Positions 16,741 through 26,507 of a stretch of 64,000 bases of DNA are shown here, piece after piece. The notes below the pieces were generated by a model. That model saw only the letters and a list, made by a program, of their open reading frames with translations. It had not been told where the DNA came from and did not search any database. This DNA is from Dehalococcoidia bacterium. GTDB taxonomy: Bacteria > Chloroflexota > Dehalococcoidia > Lucifugimonadales > UBA3495. The translations under genes and the position numbers were made by a program. Within the stretch, counting starts at the first letter, position 1, and every line of letters starts with the position of its first letter. Location: NCBI GenBank assembly GCA_963668585.1, contig OY764869.1, positions 1,099,106 to 1,163,105 of the forward strand, in the 5' to 3' direction.

Positions 16741-18171
16741 TCACCGGGCCGGTTGCCGCGCCCGCAGGCCGAACCACACCGAGCCCATCGCCGCCGTCAC
16801 CGATCCGATGCGGAAAACGTCCCGGTACGCCAGCAGGAACGCTTCACCCGCCGGCCGCGACGCTGCGTAGTGGTCGCTCAACCCCGAGAACACCGCGCCC
16901 ACAATCGCCACGCACAGCACCGTTCCCGACGCCTGCGCCAGAGACATCGCGCCCGATGCCGTGCCGAACCGCTCCGATGGCACGGTGCCCAGCATCAGCG
17001 CGTAGGCCGCCGACTGGAACCAGCCCACGCCCAGGCCCACGATGGCGATGGCGGCCGCGGGATGCCAGATTGCCGATCCGCCGTCCAACTCCGACATCAC
17101 CAGCAGGCCGGTGGCTGTGAGTCCCAGGCCCACCGTGCCGACCGGCCTCACGCCCCACCGGTCGCAGAGCCATCCGCCCACCGGCGACGACAGGATGTTG
17201 CACGTTGACATGATCGCGAACAGTATGCCCAGCGTGACCGGACTGCGGCCCAGCGAATCGGTGATGTAGAACGGGAAGATGAACCAGATGACAAACTGGG
17301 AAAAGTGTCCCAGGAACATGGACGCCGTGGCCGTCTGGAATCCGCTCAGCCTAGAAAGCGCGCCGGGCAGCACCGGCGATTCGGCCCGCCGTTCCACCCA
17401 TACCAGCGCGGCCAGGGCCACCGGCGCGGCCGCCAGCAGCGCCAGCACCACCGTGGAGGTCCAGCCGATGGCCTGTCCCAGCCGCAGCCCGATCATCAGG
17501 CACCACAGCAGCGACAGCACCAGCGCCGCGCCCGCCAGGTCGAAACGCTGGCCTCGCTGCGCCTCCGACCCGCCCATCGAACTCGGCACCGCCACCAGGC
17601 CAACCACCAGCGCCAGCGCCGTCAGCGGAATCCGCCCCCAGAACACCGAGGGCCAGTCGAATAGCTGAACCAGCGGTCCTGCCGCCAGCGTGGACATCAC
17701 CATCCCCGACGCCAGGCTGGCCGACGTGAACCCCATGGACAGGCCCCGTCGGTGCGGCGGGAAAACCGTGGCTGCAATCGCCGGCGCCGTGCTGTAGAGG
17801 CACCCCGTTCCCAACGCCTGCAACACGCGAAAACCCACCAGGTATTCCAGCGTGGGCGACAGCGACATGCACACCATCGACACCAGGTAGGTCACCGTCC
17901 CGAACAGGTACACGATGCGCAGCCCGAACCGGTCGGCGAAGGCTCCCGCGCCCAGCGCCAGCCCGGCCCGCGTCGCGATGAACACCACGATCACCCACTG
18001 CACCGCCGCCAGGTCCGTCTGGAATGCGTCCCGCATGGCCGGCAAACCCACGTTCACCGAAAAGTCGAGCGACGCCAGCACCATCCCCAGCGCCGATGCC
18101 GCCGCCAGCGCAATCGTCCGCCAGGTTACGCGGACGTCGGCGGCGGGCGTCATTTCGGGGGCGGCGGCCAT
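16741..18171 (-). CDS. MFS transporter (drug:H+ antiporter-like)
   Basis: 476-aa ORF that is hydrophobic throughout with many predicted TM segments. It starts MAAAPEMTP...LASLDFSVNVGLPAM... Confidence 0.8.
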   Translation of the reverse strand: MAAAPEMTPAADVRVTWRTIALAAASALGMVLASLDFSVNVGLPAMRDAFQTDLAAVQWVIVVFIATRAGLALGAGAFADRFGLRIVYLFGTVTYLVSMVCMSLSPTLEYLVGFRVLQALGTGCLYSTAPAIAATVFPPHRRGLSMGFTSASLASGMVMSTLAAGPLVQLFDWPSVFWGRIPLTALALVVGLVAVPSSMGGSEAQRGQRFDLAGAALVLSLLWCLMIGLRLGQAIGWTSTVVLALLAAAPVALAALVWVERRAESPVLPGALSRLSGFQTATASMFLGHFSQFVIWFIFPFYITDSLGRSPVTLGILFAIMSTCNILSSPVGGWLCDRWGVRPVGTVGLGLTATGLLVMSELDGGSAIWHPAAAIAIVGLGVGWFQSAAYALMLGTVPSERFGTASGAMSLAQASGTVLCVAIVGAVFSGLSDHYAASRPAGEAFLLAYRDVFRIGSVTAAMGSVWFGLRARQPAR

Positions 18172-18233
18172 GGCCGTTGATTGTACGGCATTGACCCCTC
18201 CGCTGCCCGTCCGCCGTCACCGCTCATCAGGGT

Positions 18234-18325
18234 CTTCCGATTATTGACGATAGTTGAGGTAGTCCGCTCATCCTGAGCCTGTCGAAGGGCGAGCGGACGG
18301 TGGTCGAAGAACCGACAATAGCGCT
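18234..18325 (+). repeat. intergenic palindromic element, copy 4 (core 18264-18296)
   Basis: The L-arm ccgattattgacgatagttgaggtagt precedes the core ccgctcatcctgagcctgtcgaagggcgagcgg. Confidence 0.75.
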
Positions 18326-18435
18326 GCAACCTCATGCCCACCCCATCTCTCTGTGCGCAGACAACCCACGGTCGCCGCCGGCGATTTTGATTATACTGGC
18401 CGCCGACAACCAACACTGCCCAAAGGAGGCCCACC

Positions 18436-19206
18436 ATGGCCCGGCTTGAAGACTACCAGGACCGATTCCAGTACGTCCGGTTCCAGCGCGAGGACGGCAT
18501 CCTGCAGATGACTCTCCACAGCGACGGCGACACCCTGCAGTGGGGCGCTGGCCCGCACACCGAACTGCCCGAGGTGTTCCACACCGTGGGAACCGACACC
18601 GAGAACAAGGTCATCATCATGACCGGCGCGGGCGACGGGTTCACCGGCCCCGCCGGCAGCAGCGACACCGTCCCGCGCCGCACTCCCGAGCAGTGGGACG
18701 CCACCTTCTGGGAGGGCAAGCACCTGTTGGGCAACCTGCTCAACATCGAGGTGCCCATCATCGCCGCCATCAACGGCCCCGCGCTGCGGCACTCCGAACT
18801 GCCCCTGATGAGCGACATCGTGCTGGCCGCGCCGCACACCACCTTCCAGGACTCCGGACACTTCATGAGCGGGCTGACCCCCGGCGATGGGATGCACATC
18901 ATCTATCCGCTGCTCATGGGTCTCAACCGGGGACGCTATTTCCTGCTCACCGGCCAGATGCTGGATGCCGAAAAGGCGCAGGAGTTGGGCCTGGTGGCCG
19001 AGGTGCTGCCCTCCGACGAACTGCTGCCGCGAGCCTGGGAACTGGCCCGCCAACTGGCCCAACAGCCGCGCCTGGTGCTGCGCTATTCCCGCGTCCTGCT
19101 GACCCAGAAACTCAAGGGGGAACTGCACGACCTGCTGGGCTACGGCCTTGCCCTCGAAGGTCTGGGCTCCGGCCAGGACTACCTCGACCGCGGCCAGGGC
19201 CGCTGA
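18436..19206 (+). CDS. enoyl-CoA hydratase/isomerase (crotonase) family protein
   Basis: 256-aa ORF with a crotonase-fold pattern (...VIIMTGAGDGF..., ...PIIAAINGPA...). Confidence 0.8.
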   Translation: MARLEDYQDRFQYVRFQREDGILQMTLHSDGDTLQWGAGPHTELPEVFHTVGTDTENKVIIMTGAGDGFTGPAGSSDTVPRRTPEQWDATFWEGKHLLGNLLNIEVPIIAAINGPALRHSELPLMSDIVLAAPHTTFQDSGHFMSGLTPGDGMHIIYPLLMGLNRGRYFLLTGQMLDAEKAQELGLVAEVLPSDELLPRAWELARQLAQQPRLVLRYSRVLLTQKLKGELHDLLGYGLALEGLGSGQDYLDRGQGR

Positions 19207-19213
19207 TCCGGTT

Positions 19214-19588
19214 TTACAAGGGTGCGGCCAGCGCGTCGATCCTGACGATGCCGCCGGGAATCATATCAATTTCGATGTGGCTCCCGGCGAGCAGATCGGC
19301 GCTTGCCAAATAGGAGCTTTCCGATTCCAGCACGTTTACCGGCCTGAAACCGTCGTGCCAGATCACTTCCCCGGTGTAACTCGAGATGCGAACGACTCGC
19401 TCGTTAGCCAGCCGGATGCGCACCGTCCCTTTCCGTGTTAATCCGAGCGCCTCGATGACGACTTTCGGCAGCATCAAGTGTGAACCCTGGAATCCGGTGT
19501 CAATGACTACCTCGATTTCGCGAGCGCTGCCGCGCATTTGAACTGGAATGATTGCCTCGTGTCGTTCATTAACCCTTCCGGCAATCAT
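19214..19588 (-). CDS. retropepsin-like (clan AA) aspartic protease
   Basis: 124-aa ORF with a VIDTGF active-site motif. Its start overlaps the upstream ORF's stop by 4 nt. Confidence 0.7.
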   Translation of the reverse strand: MIAGRVNERHEAIIPVQMRGSAREIEVVIDTGFQGSHLMLPKVVIEALGLTRKGTVRIRLANERVVRISSYTGEVIWHDGFRPVNVLESESSYLASADLLAGSHIEIDMIPGGIVRIDALAAPL

Positions 19589-19863
19589 GACTCAATGATA
19601 TCTACGCTGCGCCCCAGCGTAACGACGGACGGATAGCCGATGCGGAAAGCGAATTCAATAGCTCCAGGGCGGCGATATTGCAGGCGGTCGGATGCTGCCA
19701 ACCAGTCCGCGTCAACCTCATAATCGTAGGATTCAATGTCCAGCACCAGAATCTTACCCTTTGCAGTAGGAAGCAGTTTGGGCAAAAGTTCCTTCTCGTA
19801 GAATTCCTCCGCCAAGTCCAATTGCTCCGCTTCTGCGGCATTGGTTCGGTCAGAGTCCATCAT
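19585..19863 (-). CDS. small hypothetical protein, translationally coupled partner of the aspartic protease
   Basis: 92-aa ORF whose stop overlaps the start of 19214..19588 as ATGA. Confidence 0.55.
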   Translation of the reverse strand: MMDSDRTNAAEAEQLDLAEEFYEKELLPKLLPTAKGKILVLDIESYDYEVDADWLAASDRLQYRRPGAIEFAFRIGYPSVVTLGRSVDIIES

Positions 19864-19904
19864 CGTGTTACCCCCATCGTATGATTATGCTAGCGTACCG
19901 TGTG

Positions 19905-21212
19905 TCAATCGGCAACTTGGGCTGCGCCGCCACTCCTCCCCGGCGGCAGCGCCGTCAGCATCAAGGCCGAGCAGGCGCCGTAGATGACCAGGATCGTCCA
20001 CCACGCCGGCAGGTACGACCCCGCGTAGTCGTGCAGGTATCCCACCAGCGGCGCGCCCAGCCCCGCGCTCAGCAGGTTGATCGGCATCACGATGCCCCGT
20101 ATCGCACCCAGGAACGCGCGCCCGTAGTATGCCGCGAAAATGTACGTGTGCACGATCATGCCGATGCCCACCGACGCCCCGAAAACGATCGTTGACAGAA
20201 ACATCATCTCCGCCGAAGCCACGTAGATCATCAGCAGCACGGCCAGGATGAAACCGGAAAACGACGCCGCAGCCAGAAACCGTATCGGTATCCGGTCGGC
20301 CAGCCAGCCCGCCACCAGCGCCAGCGCCGCCGCGCCGCCGGCGTCCGCCGCAAAGGACCAGGACACCAGCAGCGGGTCGTAGGATTTCTCCACGAAATAC
20401 GGGATGCGGTGAAAGCTGGCCCCGCCCTGCGCCACGCCCGCCAGCGCGAACACGGCCACCAACTTCCACATGGTGAACGTGCGGAACGCCTGGCGGACCG
20501 TCCATACCGGTTCCTCTGCCGTTGGCGGTTGGCGCGACGGCGCTGTGGATTCGTCGGCCGGCGCGTCCGGCGGGTCGCCGTCCACCCGCAGGCCCATGTC
20601 CTCCGGCTGCCGGCGCAGGAATATCGCCGCCAGCGGCGCCGAGATCAGCACGAACATCACGGCCAGAATCTGCCACGCGCTGCGCCATCCGTAAGCGTCA
20701 ATCAGCCACTGCGTCACCGGGAGAAACACGATGCCGCTGATGCCCAGCCCTGCCGTCGAGAAGGCCAGCGCGCGACCGCGTCTCCGCACGAACCACTTCG
20801 CCACCGGCACCGAGGTCACCAGCCCGTTGGGAGCCGCCAGCCCCGATACGCCCACCAGTCCGAACAGCAGGATGAACTGCCACGCATGGTCGCTCAGCCC
20901 CACCAGGATCAGGCAGCCGCCGATCATCAGCGCGGCCACGGGAATGTACACCCGCGACCCGTAGCGGTCGATGAGTTGTCCCACCGCAAAGCTCAGGACC
21001 CCCGCCGACAGCCGACGCGTGGTCTGCATCCACCCGAACGTGGCCCGCGACAGTTCCAGTTCACGCTGCATCGGCAGCACGAACAGGCCGTAGTTCAGCG
21101 TCCCCGTCGCCATCGTCGAAAAATTGACGGCGAACATCGTCGCCACGATCACCCAGCCGTAGAAAAACCGCTGGGGTTCGGCCGCGCTCTCGGATTCAGG
21201 TGTGGTGGCCAT
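19905..21212 (-). CDS. MFS transporter (oxalate/formate antiporter-like)
   Basis: 435-aa polytopic ORF with a central hydrophilic loop. Confidence 0.8.
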   Translation of the reverse strand: MATTPESESAAEPQRFFYGWVIVATMFAVNFSTMATGTLNYGLFVLPMQRELELSRATFGWMQTTRRLSAGVLSFAVGQLIDRYGSRVYIPVAALMIGGCLILVGLSDHAWQFILLFGLVGVSGLAAPNGLVTSVPVAKWFVRRRGRALAFSTAGLGISGIVFLPVTQWLIDAYGWRSAWQILAVMFVLISAPLAAIFLRRQPEDMGLRVDGDPPDAPADESTAPSRQPPTAEEPVWTVRQAFRTFTMWKLVAVFALAGVAQGGASFHRIPYFVEKSYDPLLVSWSFAADAGGAAALALVAGWLADRIPIRFLAAASFSGFILAVLLMIYVASAEMMFLSTIVFGASVGIGMIVHTYIFAAYYGRAFLGAIRGIVMPINLLSAGLGAPLVGYLHDYAGSYLPAWWTILVIYGACSALMLTALPPGRSGGAAQVAD

Positions 21213-21292
21213 ATTGAAAACAAACGTAGGGGCGAATCATCATTCGCCCCTACCCGCCCTGGCGTTGCAAACGCAGACGTGTGCCGGTTGGA

Positions 21293-22129
21293 TCAGATCG
21301 CCTGCCAGTACCGCTTGCCCTGCAGCCGCACGATCTTGCCGAAGCCGGGCGCTGGCAGATGCACCGCCGCCACCGGAAGGTTCTCGCTTTCCAGTCGGTC
21401 CAGCACGCTCTGCCGCGTCGCGATGGCCTGTTCGGGGATGATGTCGGCCCGCGATGCCCAGTCCGTCTGCTGGATCTGCGCGGTATTGTGCAGCACGTCG
21501 CCCAGTATCAGCCCCCGCTCGCCGCCGGAGTTGATCATGATGCTCATGTGCCCGGGGGTATGCCCCGGCGTCGGCAGCGTGGTCAGTTCGCCGGTGATGC
21601 TGAACTCGCCCTCCATCCATTCCACCAGTCCCATCTCGGCAATCGGCCACACGCAGTCCGGCGCGTTGGGGAACCGGTCGGGCTGCAATGCCGGGTCATG
21701 GCTGGCGTCATAGTCAACCCTGCTGAAGTAGTAGCGGGCGTTGGGGAACGTCGGTTTCAGCGTTCCGCCGTCGTCCCGCACGGTGTTCCAGCCCACGTGG
21801 TCCCGGTGCAGGTGGGTCATCACCACGGCGTCGATGTCATTGGGGGAAACGCCGTTCCGCGCCATGTCATCCAGCAGTTCGCCCCACGGAGTTTCCGGCG
21901 TGTCCTTCGCGCCCAGCCCCGTGTCAATGGCGATGGTCTTGCCCTCCGAGCGCACCAGGAAACAAGCCAGGTTGAAGCTCACCTTGCGGTCCGGCGTCAG
22001 GTGGTCGTGGAAAGGCTCCCAGTTTTCTGCGGGAATGTCGGGAAAGAAATTGCAGATGTCAAACTCCAGTAGCCCGTCGGAAAGCGAGGCAATCTCCACG
22101 TTCCCGATGGTCATCTTGCTGGCGGCCAT
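21293..22129 (-). CDS. MBL-fold metallo-hydrolase
   Basis: Contains the THLHRDHVGW motif. The chosen start is the ATG at 22127-22129 (MAASKMTIGN...), which has an AGGAGG RBS. The track ORF's extra N-terminus runs through repeat copy 5. Confidence 0.8.
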   Translation of the reverse strand: MAASKMTIGNVEIASLSDGLLEFDICNFFPDIPAENWEPFHDHLTPDRKVSFNLACFLVRSEGKTIAIDTGLGAKDTPETPWGELLDDMARNGVSPNDIDAVVMTHLHRDHVGWNTVRDDGGTLKPTFPNARYYFSRVDYDASHDPALQPDRFPNAPDCVWPIAEMGLVEWMEGEFSITGELTTLPTPGHTPGHMSIMINSGGERGLILGDVLHNTAQIQQTDWASRADIIPEQAIATRQSVLDRLESENLPVAAVHLPAPGFGKIVRLQGKRYWQAI

Positions 22130-22152
22130 AGTCCCTCCTGAATCCGTCAAGT

Positions 22153-22250
22153 GCGCCATTCTACCACCTGCGCCGCTGGCAATCCGCCCATACCGGCCAG
22201 TCCGCTCATGGTGAGCCTGTCGAACGGCCAGCGGACGGCAATTGCAGAAA
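22153..22250. repeat. intergenic palindromic element, copy 5 (variant core 22202-22234)
   Basis: The core is ccgctcatggtgagcctgtcgaacggccagcgg. Confidence 0.65.
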
Positions 22251-22418
22251 CGCAAATCGCGCCGGCGTTATCTGAACCCGTCCGCATCGCTTATGCAAAT
22301 AAATAGTATTGCTAAATGCTATAATGTTGGTGCGCCCGCCTGAATAACTGACGCTGGCGTGGATAACGGAACAGTCCGCAATAGGACGAGTGGCGGCGAT
22401 ACCGCCAGGAGGCGAAAT

Positions 22419-23786
22419 ATGAAGCAACGATCTCCAATTTTCGGATGGAAGCCCGGTATGCGGGCTGCGAGCAGGATATGCGCAGCGGCGCTTGTTGTCG
22501 TGATTGGCGCCGTCGCGATGGCAGCGGGTTTCGCCCATGCCGCCAGCGATGGAACCCAGCCAGTCCACGCTGAACCGTCCCTCACCGGCGCGTCGGCTGA
22601 CCCCGATATGCTCGCCAACACGATGATCCTGGACCACGGCGATGCCAACGGCGGCCAGGGCCAGGACCCCGGCGGGATGGGGCAGGAAATCGGCGCGCCC
22701 GGCGTTACCACTTCCACCGGGTCGCTGGTTATCCCCGAGGGTGAGCAGGCGACCTACACCGTGCGGCTCAACGCGCGGCCCGCAGATATGATCACAGTCG
22801 CTATCGTGGTGGACGGCAACCAGGAAGTGGTGGCGGACCCCATTTTGTTGAACTTCGCGCCCGACGAATGGAACGATCCGCAAATGGTTACGCTGACCAC
22901 CCAGGCGGACGCTGACGACCAACCTCATTACGGCTCAATCAGTCACATCAGCCCGGGCGCTGAGGGCGTGTTGGCAGTGGTGGCCGAGGTGGCAGTGGTG
23001 GTCACCGACGGGTGTGATGCCATCTGGTGCGGCGTGATGGAAATGACCAAAACCCTCCCCTACGAGATGGAATTTGTGAGTCTTGATGACGGTGAATTCA
23101 CGGATGCGGGGACCACCCACCGGGTCAGGGCTTCTCATCTGCACTCGCGGGTTCTGCCCCGAGAGGAGGCCCGACCGCCCTTCTCGATACCGGAACGGAC
23201 TTCCCTGCGGCTCTGGCTGGAGGGCGGACTGGCCGGGACGGATTACTACTCAAACTGGACGCTGTACCTCAATGGTATTGAACTGCCTTTCCACCTGGCT
23301 CGCGTCGTCTTTGACGACCTGCCGGACAACCGCTCGCTGCTGTTCAAATGGTATGCGCCCGGGCTCCACAGGCTGCTGCCCGCAGGTATCGGCGAACAGG
23401 CCGCGTCCTGGTATCTGAGGATCGAGGATACCGGCGCACCGGTGGCGCAACCGCCCGGCCCGCCGCTGTACCTGAGGTTGCTGGAAGCGCGTCCCCAACC
23501 GCAGGAGTTGAGCCTGCTCTGGAACCGGCCCCACACCATGGATGACTACTACCACGAGTTGACCGAATTCAAGGTGCAGTGGAAGCGGTCCGACGGCAGT
23601 TGGGATACTCCGGCCGACGTCTCGGAAGCCAGCGTCGAACCGCTTGACCAATCCACCCATGGCCACCGTATCCAGGGGCTTGAAGGTGGGGTCGGATACG
23701 ACCTGAGAGTGGTTGCGGTCAACGCTGTCGGCGCCGGTGAGCCTTCGGAGGTGTTGAGCGCGGTGGCGCCCGACGCAACGCCGTAG
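22419..23786 (+). CDS. secreted protein with a C-terminal fibronectin type III domain
   Basis: The ATG at 22419 has an AGGAGG RBS. The signal peptide reads MKQRSPIFGWKPGMRAASRICAAALVVVIGAVAMAAGFAHA. The C-terminal FN3-like stretch reads ...LSLLWNRP...FKVQWKRSDGSW...YDLRVVAVNAVGAGEPS. Confidence 0.7.
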   Translation: MKQRSPIFGWKPGMRAASRICAAALVVVIGAVAMAAGFAHAASDGTQPVHAEPSLTGASADPDMLANTMILDHGDANGGQGQDPGGMGQEIGAPGVTTSTGSLVIPEGEQATYTVRLNARPADMITVAIVVDGNQEVVADPILLNFAPDEWNDPQMVTLTTQADADDQPHYGSISHISPGAEGVLAVVAEVAVVVTDGCDAIWCGVMEMTKTLPYEMEFVSLDDGEFTDAGTTHRVRASHLHSRVLPREEARPPFSIPERTSLRLWLEGGLAGTDYYSNWTLYLNGIELPFHLARVVFDDLPDNRSLLFKWYAPGLHRLLPAGIGEQAASWYLRIEDTGAPVAQPPGPPLYLRLLEARPQPQELSLLWNRPHTMDDYYHELTEFKVQWKRSDGSWDTPADVSEASVEPLDQSTHGHRIQGLEGGVGYDLRVVAVNAVGAGEPSEVLSAVAPDATP

Positions 23787-23892
23787 GCGATATTGCGACC
23801 GGGCAAGCGGCCAACCCCCTCGTTGGCCCGCCAACCCACCGACGACGCAGTTTCGGCTCCCCCGGCAGACGGGGGAGCCGACCGTGTCCCAC

Positions 23893-24015
23893 GCCGAATC
23901 GCTTATCCCTCGCGCCAGGCATCGGAATCAACCGCTCACCGTTCGCTCATGGTGTGCCTGTCGAACCACGAGCGGACTACCTCGTCTATCTTCAACAATC
24001 GAAAGGTTCCGGTCA
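23893..24015 (-). repeat. intergenic palindromic MITE/REP-like element, copy 6, full length and reversed (core 23943-23975)
   Basis: The core tcgctcatggtgtgcctgtcgaaccacgagcgg carries a compensatory CC/GG to GG/CC swap in the stem. Confidence 0.75.
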
Positions 24016-24089
24016 GGCGACCGTGCCGAACCATTTCCGCTTGCGGACAATGTACAATGCACGGTGAACCGCGAGGCGTTGAGGCAGTA

Positions 24090-24599
24090 ATGGGAGCATA
24101 CACCGGCGCACAACTGATGACCCGCCTGCTGGCGCTGGCCCTGGGCCTCGCCGGCGGCCTCTCCGAGACCGTGTGGTCGCACGTTGTCGGTATGCGTTGC
24201 GGCGCCGTCAAGGTTGGTGAATATGTGCTGTACACCGACTGCCTGCCCTGGACCGAACTGTTCCTGCGGTTCCCTGAGCACCTGGGTTCGCAGATGGTCA
24301 GCCTGCTCATGGCCGGCGCAATCGCCGGTCTGGTCGCGGGATTCGTAGGGATGTGGCGGCCGCTCTGGGCTGCCGTCCTGTTCCTGCTGCTGGCCCTGTT
24401 GAACCTGGGGCTGTCGGCATTCGCCGCCGCCACCGTCGAGCAGAAGGGCATCGCGCTGGGGCTGGCCGTATTGGCCGTCGTCGTGCCGGCCGTGTGCGCC
24501 ATCATCCTCTGGTGGCGGGGCGAGTACAGAGTACGCCGCCGGCCGGCCACGCTCACCGGCGAAACAGATTCATTCGGCTATCGCCCAAACGCCAGATAG
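24090..24599 (+). CDS. hypothetical membrane protein
   Basis: The internal ATG at 24090 of track ORF 23793..24599 is the likely start, because the upstream part covers repeat copy 6. The product is 169 aa with several hydrophobic segments. Confidence 0.55.
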   Translation: MGAYTGAQLMTRLLALALGLAGGLSETVWSHVVGMRCGAVKVGEYVLYTDCLPWTELFLRFPEHLGSQMVSLLMAGAIAGLVAGFVGMWRPLWAAVLFLLLALLNLGLSAFAAATVEQKGIALGLAVLAVVVPAVCAIILWWRGEYRVRRRPATLTGETDSFGYRPNAR

Positions 24600-24629
24600 G
24601 CCCCCAATCCACCAGCGCTGAGGCATCCC

Positions 24630-24685
24630 GCCCATCCAGTCCGCTCATGGTGAGCCTGTCGAATCGCCAGCGGATGGTCACACGG
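24630..24685. repeat. intergenic palindromic element, copy 7 (core 24641-24673)
   Basis: The core is ccgctcatggtgagcctgtcgaatcgccagcgg. Confidence 0.65.
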
Positions 24686-24725
24686 AACCGAGCCCGGGCG
24701 TCAGGACTGCCAAAGGCCGTCATGG

Positions 24726-26078
24726 GTGACATTCGCCCATAGACGCGCCATAGCCGGGGATGCTACACCTGCTGTCAGGTGCATCCCCATGAATCCCCCT
24801 CGCCAGAATCGCCCCCAACGCAACAACCCCCGCCGGCCGGCCGAACCGGACCCAATCGCCCCCATCAGCGAGAAGCAGTTGGCCCGTTTGTGGGAGCGTC
24901 GCGCCGCCCTTCAAGAGGCGTTCCGCAGCGAGGCCGGCGTCCGGGTGCGGGTGCTGTATCCCGGCCGGCCCGGCGTGACCGCCGGCCCCGACTTTCGGGA
25001 CGCCCTGCTGCTGGTCGAAGGTGAGGGTCTGGTGCAGGGCGACGTTGAGGTACACCTGGACCAACGGGACTGGAACGCCCACGGCCACGCCGGTGACCCC
25101 AACTACAACGGCGTCGTGCTGCACGTCGCGCTCGATACGGACGGGCAACCCTCCCGCACCGTGAGCGGAGCCACGCCGCCGCTGGTCAACCTGGCATCCC
25201 TGCTCGACCAACCACCGGACAACGCCGCCGCCGCCGCTGCAATCCGCCATCAGTTGTGGCGCGTGCTGGGGCATCACGGCTACCGCCGTCCCGAAACCCC
25301 CGACCGGATGCGCGCCCTGCTCAACCGCGCCGGCGATGAGCGGTTCCTTTCGCACAGCCGCCGTTTCCAGACCCTGATGTGCCACCAGTCACCCCAGCAG
25401 ACCCTCTGGGAATCGGTCTGCGATGCGCTGGGATACCGCCACAATCGCCACCCCTTCCTGCGCCTGGCCGTGGCCGCTCCCTTCGGCGCGTTGGCCTCAG
25501 CCGCCCGACGGATGCCGGTTGCGCAGCGCGATGCGACACTGACCGCATGGCTGCATCGCATCGCCGGGTTTGAATCCGGCCCCACGCCGCCGGGACTCGG
25601 CCCGCCGCTGGATGCCGGAGAATGGCGACTGTTCAGGGTGCGGCCGCCCAATCACCCCCGGCGTCGCATGATGGGCGCGGCGTCCCTGGCATCCCGCTAT
25701 TGTGAAGGGGGATTGATCGCCGGCATGGCACGCGCCGCGGCCTCGGGAAACCCGTCCCTGCTCGACCGCGCCCTCACCGTGCCCGGCGTCGATGGCAAAG
25801 CCGCCCCCGTCGGCGCATCGCGCGCCCGCGACATCGCGGTCAACGTGGTCCTGCCCTTCCTGCACGGCCACAGCACGCTGGCCGGCGACCCGGACCGCGC
25901 CGGGTCAATCATGGCCCTGTACCGGGACTACGGCCCGCTCTCTGACAACGAGATCACCCGCGAACTCGCTGCCGCCCTGCACGAACCCTCGTGGGGACGC
26001 CTCGCCGACAACGCGCGCCGTCAGCAGGGCCTCATCCACCTGCAACGCCTGCTCTGCGGCGCATCGCCTGTGGGATGA
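24726..26078 (+). CDS. DUF2851 family protein
   Basis: ...VRVLYPGRPGVTAGPDFRDALLLVEGEGLVQGDVEVHLDQRDWNAHGHAGDPNYNGVVLHVAL matches the DUF2851 N-terminal signature as I recall it. The start may be the internal ATG near 24789. Confidence 0.7.
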   Translation: MTFAHRRAIAGDATPAVRCIPMNPPRQNRPQRNNPRRPAEPDPIAPISEKQLARLWERRAALQEAFRSEAGVRVRVLYPGRPGVTAGPDFRDALLLVEGEGLVQGDVEVHLDQRDWNAHGHAGDPNYNGVVLHVALDTDGQPSRTVSGATPPLVNLASLLDQPPDNAAAAAAIRHQLWRVLGHHGYRRPETPDRMRALLNRAGDERFLSHSRRFQTLMCHQSPQQTLWESVCDALGYRHNRHPFLRLAVAAPFGALASAARRMPVAQRDATLTAWLHRIAGFESGPTPPGLGPPLDAGEWRLFRVRPPNHPRRRMMGAASLASRYCEGGLIAGMARAAASGNPSLLDRALTVPGVDGKAAPVGASRARDIAVNVVLPFLHGHSTLAGDPDRAGSIMALYRDYGPLSDNEITRELAAALHEPSWGRLADNARRQQGLIHLQRLLCGASPVG

Positions 26079-26096
26079 CCCTCGGCGCGTTGACGG

Positions 26097-26507
26097 CTAA
26101 TAGAATCTCAGCAATTCGTCGCTTCGGTCGTAGTGCAGTCGCCGGTAATTGATGAAGTCTCGGCCCAGCAACGACGGCAGTTCATTGACCACGGCCTTCG
26201 GGTCATCATCCGGGAGGACAATATCTATCGCCAGGGAAAAAGCGTATTCGCCATCATCATCCGCGAATACGATGATCGCCTCTTCCGGGTAGCATATCTG
26301 AGTGCCGCCAATCCCAAGAACGGTTTCCGGTTCTCCCGAAAGCCGGTCGAACCTGCAACCAACCCGTACCCCATCCATGGGATGCAGCACGGTTGAGTAT
26401 GCCCCGGTGTCCACAAGAAACTCGACGAAGTCCTCGACCCCCAGTTGCTCAATGATCAGGCGCCCCTGAACAAAGGGTTCATCCCCGTCAAAATAGCCGG
26501 TGATCAC
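26097..26507 (-). CDS. retropepsin-like (clan AA) aspartic protease, second copy
   Basis: Contains an LVDTGA motif. The GTG start at 26505-26507 overlaps the upstream stop as GTGA. The longer N-terminus of the track ORF overlaps the upstream gene. Confidence 0.65.
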   Translation of the reverse strand: MITGYFDGDEPFVQGRLIIEQLGVEDFVEFLVDTGAYSTVLHPMDGVRVGCRFDRLSGEPETVLGIGGTQICYPEEAIIVFADDDGEYAFSLAIDIVLPDDDPKAVVNELPSLLGRDFINYRRLHYDRSDELLRFY

